A stretch of DNA of 64,000 bases, from assembly GCA_000934665.2 (NCBI GenBank), contig KZ538244.1, positions 1 through 64,000 of the forward strand. Direction: 5' to 3'. The notes below the pieces were generated by a model, which saw only the letters and a program-made list of their open reading frames with translations, had not been told where the DNA came from and searched no databases. Position numbers and translations under genes: made by a program. The DNA comes from Catajapyx aquilonaris. Lineage: Eukaryota. Shown piece by piece: positions 1-12,216 of this stretch. How positions within the stretch are numbered: position 1 is the first letter of the stretch; each line of letters opens with the position of its first letter.

Positions 1-3000
1 TGTGCTTAGTGTAATTAATGACAAAGCTACAGCGGTTTTAAGTAAGGCCCCATTACGCCTTATGGAAAGAGGCGATGCCGGATATTCCTGGACACGAAAT
101 TAAATGCGACTTGTACCATCTTATGGGTTTATATTTTAAATCGTAGCAATTATTTGATGATAAGAATTTAGACATCGGGTCTCAGCAATTTTTGTGTAGG
201 GCTATAGTGTGCAATGACATTATCTGAAAAAGAGTTATGTCAAACATAGGGCCCTATCGTAGCATGAGTGTGTGTCCATTGCTCTATTTTTGACACAGTT
301 TACTGACACTAGCATCGAAAGCCTGTAATCAAATTCTGATTAAGTGATAAAGATATAGCAAACAGTAGACCTACTTATGTGCTGCATAAGACGAAGCGGT
401 TTATATAGTGTTATTTATATAGTGTCAACACCATTATCTGCTTCCTAGAAGCGCAAGTTTATTCCTATGTACTGTACAGTATAGTAATGGATTCTTTGAG
501 TGTGCCAAAGCAACAGTTCCCTTCCGTCTTATACCGCAAAATTGCAACAAAGACTCAGAACAGCTAGTCTGCAACTCACGATAATAAAAACGACATCAAT
601 TTGTGCTGACAAGATTTTTTTTAAAAAAAGTGCAGTCTCCAGCCCAAGAAAATCCAGTAAAAATTTCCAGAGAGGTTTGAGCAGATGACTGGAACAACAT
701 AAAGCTGTAAAAGCATAATTTGCATAAATTAATATTGGAAAGTGAGTTCCCCTTTGAACGCGGCAATTAATTAATATTCTGGAAGGCGGTCTGGTCCCCG
801 GCAGAAGTGCGCCTGTAAAGTGGAAGCCATAACTTTGGAAATCGGCAGCATATCTGGCTTGGCTGGCTGGGGGAGTATATGGGGGAAGGAGCAGGAATTG
901 TCTGCTGATGGAACAAGTCTCCTAGCTGTTGGTGGGTTGCGCTCAACTGGCGTCTGCTGGAGAGTAAACAGCGATTCCGATGGTAATTGGCCAACTTGGC
1001 CCAAATCCATTACGGCCATGGGGACTCACCAACGATGCAATGAAACACTTATCTGCACAAGGCCAGAGATGTGTTTGGGTGGGGCTGCTGGAAAGGGTGG
1101 TCACCTGAACTCTTTCACTGCCAATGCTAGTTAATAAATCAAAGGTTGTATCGGTTCATACCCGACACAAAATAATAAATGTAGCCTACTCTCATCGCCC
1201 AACCATTCGGTAAATAGCAGGCATTGCCACGCTTTATAACCCCGTGGATGAAACTGTCGGCGTTAATTTCGCTTCACCGTCTACGTGCACTGGTCTGGAC
1301 GGCTTGAATTTCGCAGCACCGGACATGTGCCGATTTGTGCAGGCACTGCGGAAAATCCAGCAAAATGACCGTCACATGTCCCCATATGTGCAGGGCTGTG
1401 GACTCACCAAATCGCCAAGATTGATAAAAATCCTGTCATTTCCTGAGCCCTGTTTTCGCTAGAAACTATTCTACTGCCATATAGTGCAGTGATTTACTCC
1501 CAAGATTCGAATCCGATAGGCGGACACCAATCCTCCTTTCCAGAGGAGGGAAATAGTTTCGCATTCAAATGAGTAATAATTGTGCAGCAGGCATATCCGT
1601 TTCTTTAATTTGTGAAACATGCAAATTCTTGGGCACCGTCTGAATACAGGAGCGGCAAACACGGGCTGCAGTAACACCTAGTTTGCAAGTCTAACAATGC
1701 CCAGGTGGCGAAAGATGGCAAAGGCAAACTTGGCCGGATTGCGCGTGAAACGCAGCACCAGAAATAGATGTGCAAGGAAGGCTTGGTAGAGAGAGAGATT
1801 CTGCAAAAGAGAAGAGGTATAGGAGCAACCTCAGCCATTTGGAAGGAGGTTGGAAGGAAAAGGGAAGAAGGAGGGGGAGGAGGAGAGGGGAGGGTTGCTG
1901 CTGCTGCTGCTGGGAAAGGAAACGTTTCCTTGTGCAGCAGGTCGCAAAGGCCAGATAAGCCCGGACTGGCGACTCGCTTCAGCGCTTCTCAGGACAAAAG
2001 CCAGGTCCTGGATTCAGATAGAGCAGAATAAGTCTATCAGGGGACTTGGGAGGGAGCGAAGGAGGGAGAGGACCAGAAGAGAGAGAGAGAGAAAAAAGAG
2101 AGAGAGTTTCTCTTGTCTCTGTCCCTACTCCGCGGAACCGTCTCTTCCTTCCTTGACAGAGAGTACAGTATCTTGCGAGCCTTTACTCTATTGGCAAGAA
2201 ATCAAGAGATGACTGCTCCAGCCAGAATTTGGAAAGGAAAAGGAAGAAGAGGACTAAGCGGCTTGTCAATGTCAGCCGCACTGGGCCCGCTCTTCTTGTT
2301 CAGATATAATGCATGCCCTATGCTCGTATTCAGCCCGAGTCCCACCTCCTGCCCTTGCTTTCCTAAATCACCAAGGATAGAGCCTACAAAAATTATTATT
2401 GCTTGCTGCTGCGCGGTTGCAAGCAGGTACAGGACCAACCTCTCCAAAGCCTGCTAGGAATATTGCTAAGGCATGTACAGGCTCATTAGAAGGGGATGTT
2501 AGAAGCTTAACTAATATCAATATCTTCACATTAAGGACACTACTTTCACCAGTTTTCCCTAAATTACACCGAATGAAACGTTTATATAACTAGTTACACA
2601 GTAGCATACAATAATAAGCCTGCATGTTCGTGATTTCATGTGAACATGATATAATGCATACAAATTATTGATGTAGCAAAATACCATGTACTGTATAACC
2701 TGTGTGTGGAGCTCGACAGCACCCAGTCATGTGTGTAACACCATTTTCAACGCAAGTTTGCTAAACAAGTGAGTTCTGTAACATTGTTTTGAACAAACAC
2801 CCATACACTCACTTTCCTTGCGTTTAATAATAAATTATGTTTGCAAGCCCATCATTTAAAAATTAGTATAGATCCCAGATTTTCCTAACTTTGCACAACG
2901 GAACAGTTAAGCACGTGATGATTTTTTAAAAATAGACTACTACTTTTTCATGACACTGATTCGTGAAATTGCTCATTATTATTTTGATAAGCCTCAAAAT

Positions 3001-6000
3001 TAAAGATATTCACCAAGGCTTTGGATTCTCATCATTATTATTGTTGCAACTTGCTTAGTAATACGGCACTTCCTGATGAATTTGCCTTTGACTACACGAT
3101 GCTGCTGCTACTCGTATATAGTGCTGCATTTTAATGTACGATGTCAAAACCTCGTATTATGATGGTGACGATAACCGAACATAATTGTACCCTCTTGGGC
3201 TGAGTAAAACATGGCCAAGTAATTACGCAAGATGTGTACCTGAATATACGTAAAGTGCATGAAGGAAATTTGGCTAAGTGGATAACAGGTTAGCGTGCTG
3301 GGCTTGTGGCCTAGGAAGGGAAGTGACGATTGGGTAGTAAGTGAAAGTGCACATGATGAGTATGTGCGTGCAACTGGGCTCTTACATGCCTCGTGTAGCT
3401 GCGGCAACGGCAATTTAGATAGCCCCGGATGACATGGACGCATGCTTCTTGCTTGGAAGTTAGTTAGGTTTCGCTCGGCTTAAACTAGCCCTATGTGTAC
3501 TGTATTCCAGAGGATAATAATAGTTGTCGACCTTTTTCGCCCCCTCTTTCTCCCTCCATCCCCCCAAAAAAACCAAATAATGTGTGGGCTCATTACACTG
3601 GCGGCGGATGCAATAACGGCGCAATTACACCTGGGATTTTTGTGCATTTGCAGCCATGACTTCATGACCGCCGCGAAATTATTCCTTGGAAATGAATATT
3701 TCATTTTCGCGAATAAAATTTCCAGGACGCGCCATCAGGTGCTGTTTATCGAAACATAAATCAAGAGCCGGCGCTTGATACCGCATGTGGCCCATTTGGT
3801 GGGCTGAAATATCACTTGATGTATGTGTTCGCCATGGAAAACAAGTTGAAACGGCTGCACTGTGGTCAAGTGCCTTTACTATTTTGTATTGCGGAAGAAA
3901 GGGCTGACTTGTAGGGGTGTATGGGATGGGTAAAAACTTGGTGGATGCATGTTCTGCAGTGCTCTTCAAAACCTGCTGGTCACCGACCCAGTCGCGTCCA
4001 AATAATGGTCCAGTCCAGAAGAAGTGGGGGGGACGAGAGGCTACACCTCCCCCACCCTGCACACACACACATACCCTCACCCACACACACGCTAAAACAG
4101 ACAGCCCCCGACGAGGGCCTGTGCCACGCGAATCCTAGCCAAATGTTTGTGCTGTTAGCATAATTGGTTGTCGGGGGAAAATTGCATGTAACTTATTTGC
4201 AAGGCAGATGAGCGACGTAAACATATTAAAATGTGTTGTTATGTGCGCTTTTTTCTCCCTCAACCCTGGCCGTGCTGGTAGGGGCCTAGGAAGCCAATAC
4301 TGCCACCTTCTGAAAAAATCACAAGTCACCTAATATTAATTGCAAAATCACAGCTACAAAGAAACCACATTGTTGAAATAATAACTTGCTCCAGCAGATT
4401 ACATATTGTTAATGCTGGTTTTTAAACAACTTTTTACTAACAGCAGTAACGCACGTCCGTAATGGAAATAAACTGTTCATTTTTCATGTCTCAAGAGTTG
4501 GCCGAACAACAACCCTAATTTAATCGCAATTATGCAGTTTGAGAACTTTGCAAAATGAATCGGCGTTGGCTGGTGGGTGGGCTGGGCTGGTGTTGTGTAT
4601 TTGGAACGGACGGCATAAAATCTGCCGCAATAACATTTGAAAGGCAGGGGCTTAAACAAAGTAATGGAGCCAATGTGCGTAAACATGACACGGCGTGAGT
4701 TACCCCTGGGAAGGATAGGGGGACCGCGTTTTTTTTTGTATGCGCATATATTTATTACAGGTGCGGGGCCATTGTGAATCCTAATTTGCTTTCCGAGTAA
4801 TGGAACGGTTCATTTGTCTTCATCCTGCTGCGGGGGTGAGAAACGGCCTCTATCTCTCGCTGTATACATTATTTTTGGTCGGGGAACCGCGAACGTTTGG
4901 GGGGGGGGGGGNAGGGCCTCGCTTTTATTGGACTCTCATTGCCAATGATTGACTCTGAGGGAGACACAAACACTGCGAGATGTCTTCTGGTTGACGAATG
5001 TGGATGGGCTTCACGCTGCTTTACCGCTCGGATAATCTTTTATTCACAAGCCTGTTGGTATACAGTCAACTCTCGACCCCCCCCCAAAAAAAAAAAAAAA
5101 AAAAAAATGTGATGCATTACCTTGCATACGGTGTACTATAAAAAGGGAGTTCAAATTATGTTCCCGTGTGCACCATGCGACTGGGGGAATGTATTTTGCA
5201 ATGATGCAGCAGGAGCGGTACCGGTTTCAAGCCGGGGCTCAAATTCGCATCGTTTAAATAGGAATTTCATGGTGAAACAAATGCGCAATTTGTAGGCTGC
5301 ATGTTTTTACTTCCCAATGACAGATGAATATTAACGCAACGATTATTACTACAGGTAGTTATGGATTTAGTCAACATTGATACGCATGAGTTTCGTCCTG
5401 TTTACAATAGTTCAATAATCGATGTACTGGAAACAATTATCACTAAAATATTTGAAAATACTACACGCTCACTAATGAAAGTGATTATTCCGGGTGTGGT
5501 GGTGGGAGAAAAAAGTACAGTAACTACCATAATACAGTGTGCAATAACATGTTCGAGCAAGCTTCTGCATTAGAGTTTAATACTCATTCCACAAAAAAGT
5601 AATTATTACTAACAAAAATAAAAATTATTTTTGACATCCGTCGAGTGAAATATTCTGCAAAATATGTTTAAGCAATTTTTTGTTAGATGTGGAAAAACCT
5701 TCATCTTATAATATTACTTTGAATACAGTCACTCATGTTCTATTGAAGGGTCTATTATACCAGTGCAGTGTATGAAATCTAGTTTCTGTGGTACCTTACG
5801 GCTTGTGATAGTGGCTCGATATCGTAAACCAACCATATGTAATTATTTTTGTCACCTTTTCTTCTCTTGATGGTCTGACCATAGGCTAAGATGTTGAGCG
5901 CATCATCTCATTATCTGACATTGATTTTAGGAAATCGCCCTTTAGGCTACATTGTAGACTGATATTCTCGTGGGATCTCCCAAACACTGGCCTCGATTCG

Positions 6001-6358
6001 AGAGAAGCATCGACGATACTATAATATAATTACAATAAGGCAAGCGGAAAAGGACACGTAATAATTGTGCGATTAGTCGCACTGGGCAAATATTTGTGCG
6101 GAAAATACTGAGACATGCTGAGGCTACACGCATGTGATTTCATTATCCAATAATTTAGTTGGGCGGGGCTTGCGGAGGAAGGAAAAGGATCGGCTTAATC
6201 GCATTATGCAAATCCCGTGCCACGGGAGGTTGTCTGCCAGGAAAGCAGGGTAATTCAGTGTCTTCATTGCATTTACAGCAGTGTTGCCAGAGTTCACCCC
6301 GGGCTGCCAGCAGTCGAAAGGTTGGGGTCGGGTGATGTATCAAACCCAAATATGCGTA

Positions 6359-6400
6359 CAGGGTGAGTCAGATGTCCATTGCCGCTTCTGACTCACCCTG
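6359..6400. mobile_element. Minimal Tc1/mariner-type MITE remnant (42 bp hairpin)
   Basis: TA|CAGGGTGAGTCAGA-14 nt-TCTGACTCACCCTG|TA: TA flanks and perfect 14-bp TIRs starting CAGGGTG. Confidence 0.65.
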
Positions 6401-9400
6401 TACTGGAGAGAGGTGTGTATAGAGGCGGTGCGATGGGGAATTTTCCAGGCGGTTGATGACGGGCGCAAACGAGCTCCTCCTTTTCCGACAGACCGTTTCC
6501 TGAGCCCCGGAAAAGTGGGTCTGCGGACCCGTCTCCCGGAAGCCGGATGGATTTCTTGCAGGCCGCCTTTCCCGCCTCCATTTGCTGCTTCCGGCTGTGG
6601 AAACAGATGGCGGCGGCCGCCCACCAAAACCGCCCCTGCCTGCCTCCCTTTCCTTCCAGGCCCTCCGCCGCCATTTCTATCTGTCCCTGCGCCCGGACTC
6701 GAAGCAATCGAGCGCGAAACACACACAGGCGGACCCACCACCACCAGATATACCCTACATTATACCCTCCCTCTGAAACTAGGAGGAAAGGGCAAAGCAG
6801 CAAGGCTCTGTGCCCTTTCGACCTCGCCGCAGAGCTTCCGCTTCCTAGAGGGACACTCGTCACCATCCCGCAACGGATGTTCCCATGCTTAACATGCCCA
6901 TCAGGTGAACTCTGTGTCACTAATGGAAAGTATGCTGATCTATACCATGGGCAACAAATTAGTTACCGGTACTTAAAATTAGACTCGGGTACTATAGGAG
7001 GTGGAAGAGAGAAAAATGGGAATCATTACCATTTTAGATGTGCGGGACATGTTAGCTATTCAGCAATCAGTGGTAGGCTACTTTATTAAAAATAAACAGA
7101 CTCGCCATGCAATTTCTAAAATTGGTGCCTTGAAGGGGAATTTTCACCTGTCTGGCTCCATTACGAATAAATGTTTGATTACTTAGCGTGCGCAAACCTG
7201 TAAGGGGACTTCTGAATGACAACTTAGTTACGGCCTCCTCTGCTGGGAATTTTTAACTTGAACCGTCTCTGAAAGAACACGCTCCATGAATATTTTGTGT
7301 TGGCTATTATACTTGTACGTTGTACTTGTCCACACCTGGGTAGTTTTTCTCACTCTCCGCCAGTGTCAACATAAACGTGTGTGTGTGTGACCTGTATGCG
7401 AGGTACGCACCCCAGGATTTTTTTGGGTCTGATATATGTTAATACTCACATTTACCTACAATACATCGATAAAAAATTCAATATTTACAGCAGATATTTA
7501 ATATTTTTGTGGGATTAATGGGCTACTTTTGACATTGATATTACATCCCCTTATAAGTTATTATTATTTTAAACCCCGTAATCAAACGGGTCACAACTTC
7601 CAGTCTGATCCAGAGAGCCCTCAGTCAGTCTACTATACAGTGCATCCAGGCGACAGATTATCTGGATACGCCAAAATCAGCTGTAAATACCGCTGCGGGC
7701 TAGCTGTAATGCGAGTAAATGACAAAACCACACCAAACACCTGCACCATTACATATTGTTTTCTGTGACCATGCATGTCAAAGCAATTACCTTTTACCAC
7801 CACGTAAGTGATAAACTGAATGAAAGGCCATGAAAAGATGCAACCGCAGGATTTTGCAATTTTGAATGAAACTCCATTGCCATGCTGCCAGTTTCATCTG
7901 GCTGTTTCGGAAGGGGCGAACTAGCACATAATTTACTTATTAACATTTGAACACATTTAAAATAATATTAGCCGGGTAAATTATAGTTGAACCAATGAGC
8001 TCGATAAAAAGAACTTGATTGCTGCGTGCAATATTTTGATGATGCTTACACACCAACTGACTTTGCATAAGCAAATATTTAAATGGAAGTGTTTTTTGCT
8101 CATAACTATGTATTATTCTCTGTGCATATCGTATACACATTGCACGTAGCACCTGCAAGTTTAAAAAGCTCTTCAGCAATCAATTACAAGCACTTTCATA
8201 AAGGGCTCCACTAGTGCTCATCCCCAACGCGAGTAAAGTGTAGTAAGGTCTGAGCCGGTCTCGTATCTGCGAAGGAAATGATGCTCTCTGATGGTGCAGT
8301 TTTGCCAATAAGAGCTAGTTGGCGTGGCATCTGGTAGGCCCATAAGCGATAGAAAACTTAATTTCCCTTTCCCGCGTCTCACCTTATTTATCCAGCAACA
8401 CAAATTCCCACGCGACCGTCATTTGTGGTTTCGGCCAGCGATTTATCTTTTCCCGCAGGGGAAAGCCGCACCATAACTCTCCTCCAAGGAATTATCGGGA
8501 ACCGAGGAAAAGCAAATCGCCTTCCCTTCCATTCCTTCCCCCTCCTCTTCCCATTGCCCTCACCCACCCACCCACCACCGAAACCTCCTCCGCCTCCGGG
8601 AAATAATTGCGGTTCTTCGCCCCGGATTCTTCTGCTTGTACCAGCCCGGACTCGCAAATTAAAGCCCCGCAAATGCTGATGAAGTGATCTAGGTTTTCCC
8701 GGAGATGCACTTGCCTGGGCCTATATGTCTGACCAAGCCGCTAACTGTTTTGGTCACCGCGGAATAAATGCATCTAGCAAACCATGGTGACGTCAAGCCT
8801 GTGGGACTTGCCAGCTGAGGGAGGAAAAGGAGCAAAAGGCGGAGGGGAGGCTCCCCCCAAAAGAGAGGGGGAGAGATACTTTGCCCCGGAGGCACAAAAT
8901 TCCAATGGCAGTCAATATCTAGATCGCGGAACTTGTCCCAAGTATCGATCTCCGTTTGGAAACCCAACCGATAACAGGCTCGCCAAAGAGTTGCTGTAAT
9001 GGCTTTTCATCCTGAAGGAATATGCAGCCTTTAAAGATCCTTTCTGCACCTCGATTCAACAGCCACGATTCCTCCGGCTCAAAGGAGCCAGCCTCCTATA
9101 TGCCGATATTTTAGAAGAAAAAAAATATATAGGAGGTTTATGCACTTTCATGAGCCATAATGAACAAAGTTGATGACTCCAGACAATCAGTGTGTATGGG
9201 TCGTTATGTCACAACATGGTAACATACTTCGTATGCTGCTGAGTTTACATTTTAAGAAGCGGTCCAATTGAAAATATAGAGCATTATTTTGTGCTTTGTG
9301 TGATGATAAAATGAGCGTTAGCGTTGTCTTAAGCTATTTTGAACCAACTTGTTTTCCTGATATTCCATTGCAGCATTGGGCAATATCATTATAAAGCTAG

Positions 9401-11630
9401 CCAACAAAATGAACGTTCAATTACTCAGAAGGCTCTCTTTAATCTTCTTCTGCCAAAGCATTGATGTCCGAAGCACAAAAGTCATCAAAGAGAGAGAATA
9501 TTGTTCTTTCGATTGTTCTCTGAAGTTGTACTGGAATGTACTGGATACAATAATTCTGCATCCGAACAGAGAGTGTAAGGAACTGCAAGTAATAAATAAA
9601 TACTACCACTTGTGCTTGATTCATATACAGTATGATTTTTAAATAATTCGATAAATCCCAATTTATTAATTTCAATGGATGTAATTACAATATCTGATGA
9701 TTTATCCCCCATTCTATAGGCGCCAATGTGCGGTCATCAGTACCTGTAGCTTTGTCCAGCAGGATGGTTTAGCCCCTGCCAGATTTCTCTGGCGCCCCTG
9801 GCTTGCTGCATTGGACCTGTTGAGCTTAATTCGCCTGTTGGTTTGACCCACGCACAAATAAGCTATGAGGACTACTTGCTGTAAGCGTAAGAGCTGAATA
9901 ATATTGTACCGGAATTACTGCTCTATACCCTTCCCCTAGAGTCCAACCCGCAAGCACCTGGTTTAAGGGATGCTAGATTAGTAGATTAGATAGGTAATTC
10001 CGGAGCCTCATTATGGTCCAAGTATTTGGGAATCAAAAGGTCAGTCAAGAAATATGGGGAAAGCAAAATTTTGCCTTTTTGTGAGTAGGGCTGCATTCCC
10101 ATGGTATTTACCCGCAGGCTGACACCGGACCACCAACTGTACGCTAACAAGGCTTGATTTTCATAAGCAAAAAGGAATTCTTAATGTACTGCATTTGAGC
10201 ACAACATATCAGTAGCAAAACTGAATCGTGATAAAATCACGACTTTTCAAATATTGTTAAGAATATCACTATAATAGGGTGATGCGCTGCCTAAGCTGAC
10301 ATCAACAATGCAATGGTCTGGGGTGAAACCACTGTGGTGAAACGCGATGCCGGATATTCTTTGCCAAGTGTATAGACGAATAGAGGTAGAATCCTCAAGA
10401 CAGGTGGTCTAACCATGATATATAACGGATGTACTAAATCGTGGGTAAATAATAATTTACCTTGAGTATAGTTTCAGCCAGCCTTGGGCAGTGTACTGCT
10501 CTCTCTCTATCCTTCTCGAGCAAACGTCATGTGATATAAGGTTGAATATCACAAAATGGCTTATGTTTATACTAAATCTTCCTTACAAATTATTTAAAAT
10601 TCGGATTTACGCCTGAAGAAGGAAACAAGCTAACGCCAGAAGGAATGTCGGTGTATAATACAGTATATTATTCTAGCCTCCATTACCAGTAGTCTAGTGA
10701 CCTTGTATTGTACAAAACAGTACTTGTAGTTACAAAGGAATTACAAGTGGTATAAAATGTGAAATTGTGTGTATATGCAACAATATTATCGAATATTTTG
10801 AAACGATTTTTGTGACTATTTTCAGCGGTTATTTCTACTCATGCAATGCTTCCGATGCTAAGTTTTAGTAAAAGGCTGTCATTTCCATAGCAAAGACAGA
10901 GAAATACAACTTGTAGTTGATCTTAAAGGGGGAAAAGCGCAAAAAGGGCCCAAAACCTCAATTTTTTCATGTGTATACCTTTTCTCTATGTAATTCCATT
11001 GACATTGACGCCATATTCATTCCTGCAGTAAACCTGTTGACTCGAGGGGAAAATACGTCACAGTGACGTACAGTAAAACGGCCCCTGTCATAACTTGATA
11101 TGCCTGTACTTCACAGAGTGCTGAGAATACTTACTGTATATGGTGTGGGTCGACTATGCATACTGTCGTCGTTTTTAATTAAGAAACCTCTAGGGAAGGA
11201 AAGTCCCTGGAACTTTGAACTTTTTATTAACAATTGTTTCAAGAAAGTTCCTTCTGAAGATGAGACACTATGACTCAACAAGTGAAATAATGTGTGTGAA
11301 ACAGCCTCTGTTAGCAGAATGGGACACTTTAGTGTCAAAAGGCACTTTTAAAAGTTATTGACAATAATCTTCATTTGTAAAAAGTTACCGGTGACAATTG
11401 GTGCATGTGTATGATATGACAATTAATAGTATAACACTAATAACAGTATGAAGGCACTCATGGAAGTAAATAAGGTTCACTGATTAAATTATTGCAGTGT
11501 AGTGGCATATGTGACACTACGCATAACTGCATAATGTCATACCACAAACGAGATAATCGCTACCACTAACAAAATTAGAGTTAAATCGAGTAAATAACCA
11601 GCATAAAGACGGATTTAACTCATGATATTA

Positions 11631-11919
11631 GAGGAGGTTCGATCCCCGCCTGGGAGTTCCCTTTCACCTGCGTCGGGAGGGTCTCTTACCCGCACCTTGA
11701 AGGTGTCTGGCAACCTAACCTCCTGGGGAACAGCACATGACCCACAGTTGAGACAATGCACTTGCACCCATGTTCCCTCCCCAAAAATCCCGATCCTTAA
11801 CCTACGTCCCTGATTTCCTGCACCGGTGCGGTGTTAGAAGAAAATGGAAATAGAAAATATAAAAATATGGTGGTAGTCCACCCCCCTACACATGTCTCAA
11901 AGGGTACAATCTTAAAAAC
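11631..11919 (+). mobile_element. 5'-truncated tRNA-derived SINE, copy 1, with 13-bp target-site duplication
   Basis: Starts near the B box GGTTCGATCCC. The body aligns with the reverse complement of 28296-28640, sharing AGGTGTCTGGCAACCTAACCTCCTGGGGAACAGCACATGACCC and ATGTTCCCTCCCCAAAAATCCC. Flanked by direct repeat ACTCATGATATTA at 11618-11630 and 11920-11932. Confidence 0.85.
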
Positions 11920-11933
11920 ACTCATGATATTAA

Positions 11934-12216
11934 CCCTGGAACCGTGCCGTGGGGTCTTTTAGGACCCCAAGGAAAAAAAATGCATTAAAATGATCATTAC
12001 AATGAACTTTTGCCATTCTTTTACAGTATATAACAGGCAGAGCAGGTTTATTTTGAATGAGCGATCATTTTAGGAATTGTTGAAAGAATGATTGTATATA
12101 GTCAATGCATTGAAAAGTATAATATAATAATTAATAAAAATTAAAATATGGTGGGGTCCGAAAAGACCCCACGGCACGGTTGCCGTAATACCCGTAGGTA
12201 CGGCACGGTTCCAGGG
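11934..12216. mobile_element. piggyBac-type non-autonomous element (MITE), 283 bp
   Basis: TTAA on both sides (11930-11933, 12217-12220). Perfect 17-bp TIR CCCTGGAACCGTGCCGT / ACGGCACGGTTCCAGGG. A 30-bp internal inverted repeat (AACCGTGCCGTGGGGTCTTTT[A/C]GGACCCCA, one mismatch) lies at 11940-11969 and 12152-12181. AT-rich non-coding core. Confidence 0.88.

Noticed and set aside
4898..4913. N within poly-G runs (also at ~25507)
   Set aside because: Sequencing or assembly ambiguity in homopolymers, not biology.
72..10359. Exact 16-mer GCGATGCCGGATATTC at 72-87 and 10344-10359
   Set aside because: Flanks do not align, and about one 16-mer match is expected by chance in a 64-kb self-comparison.
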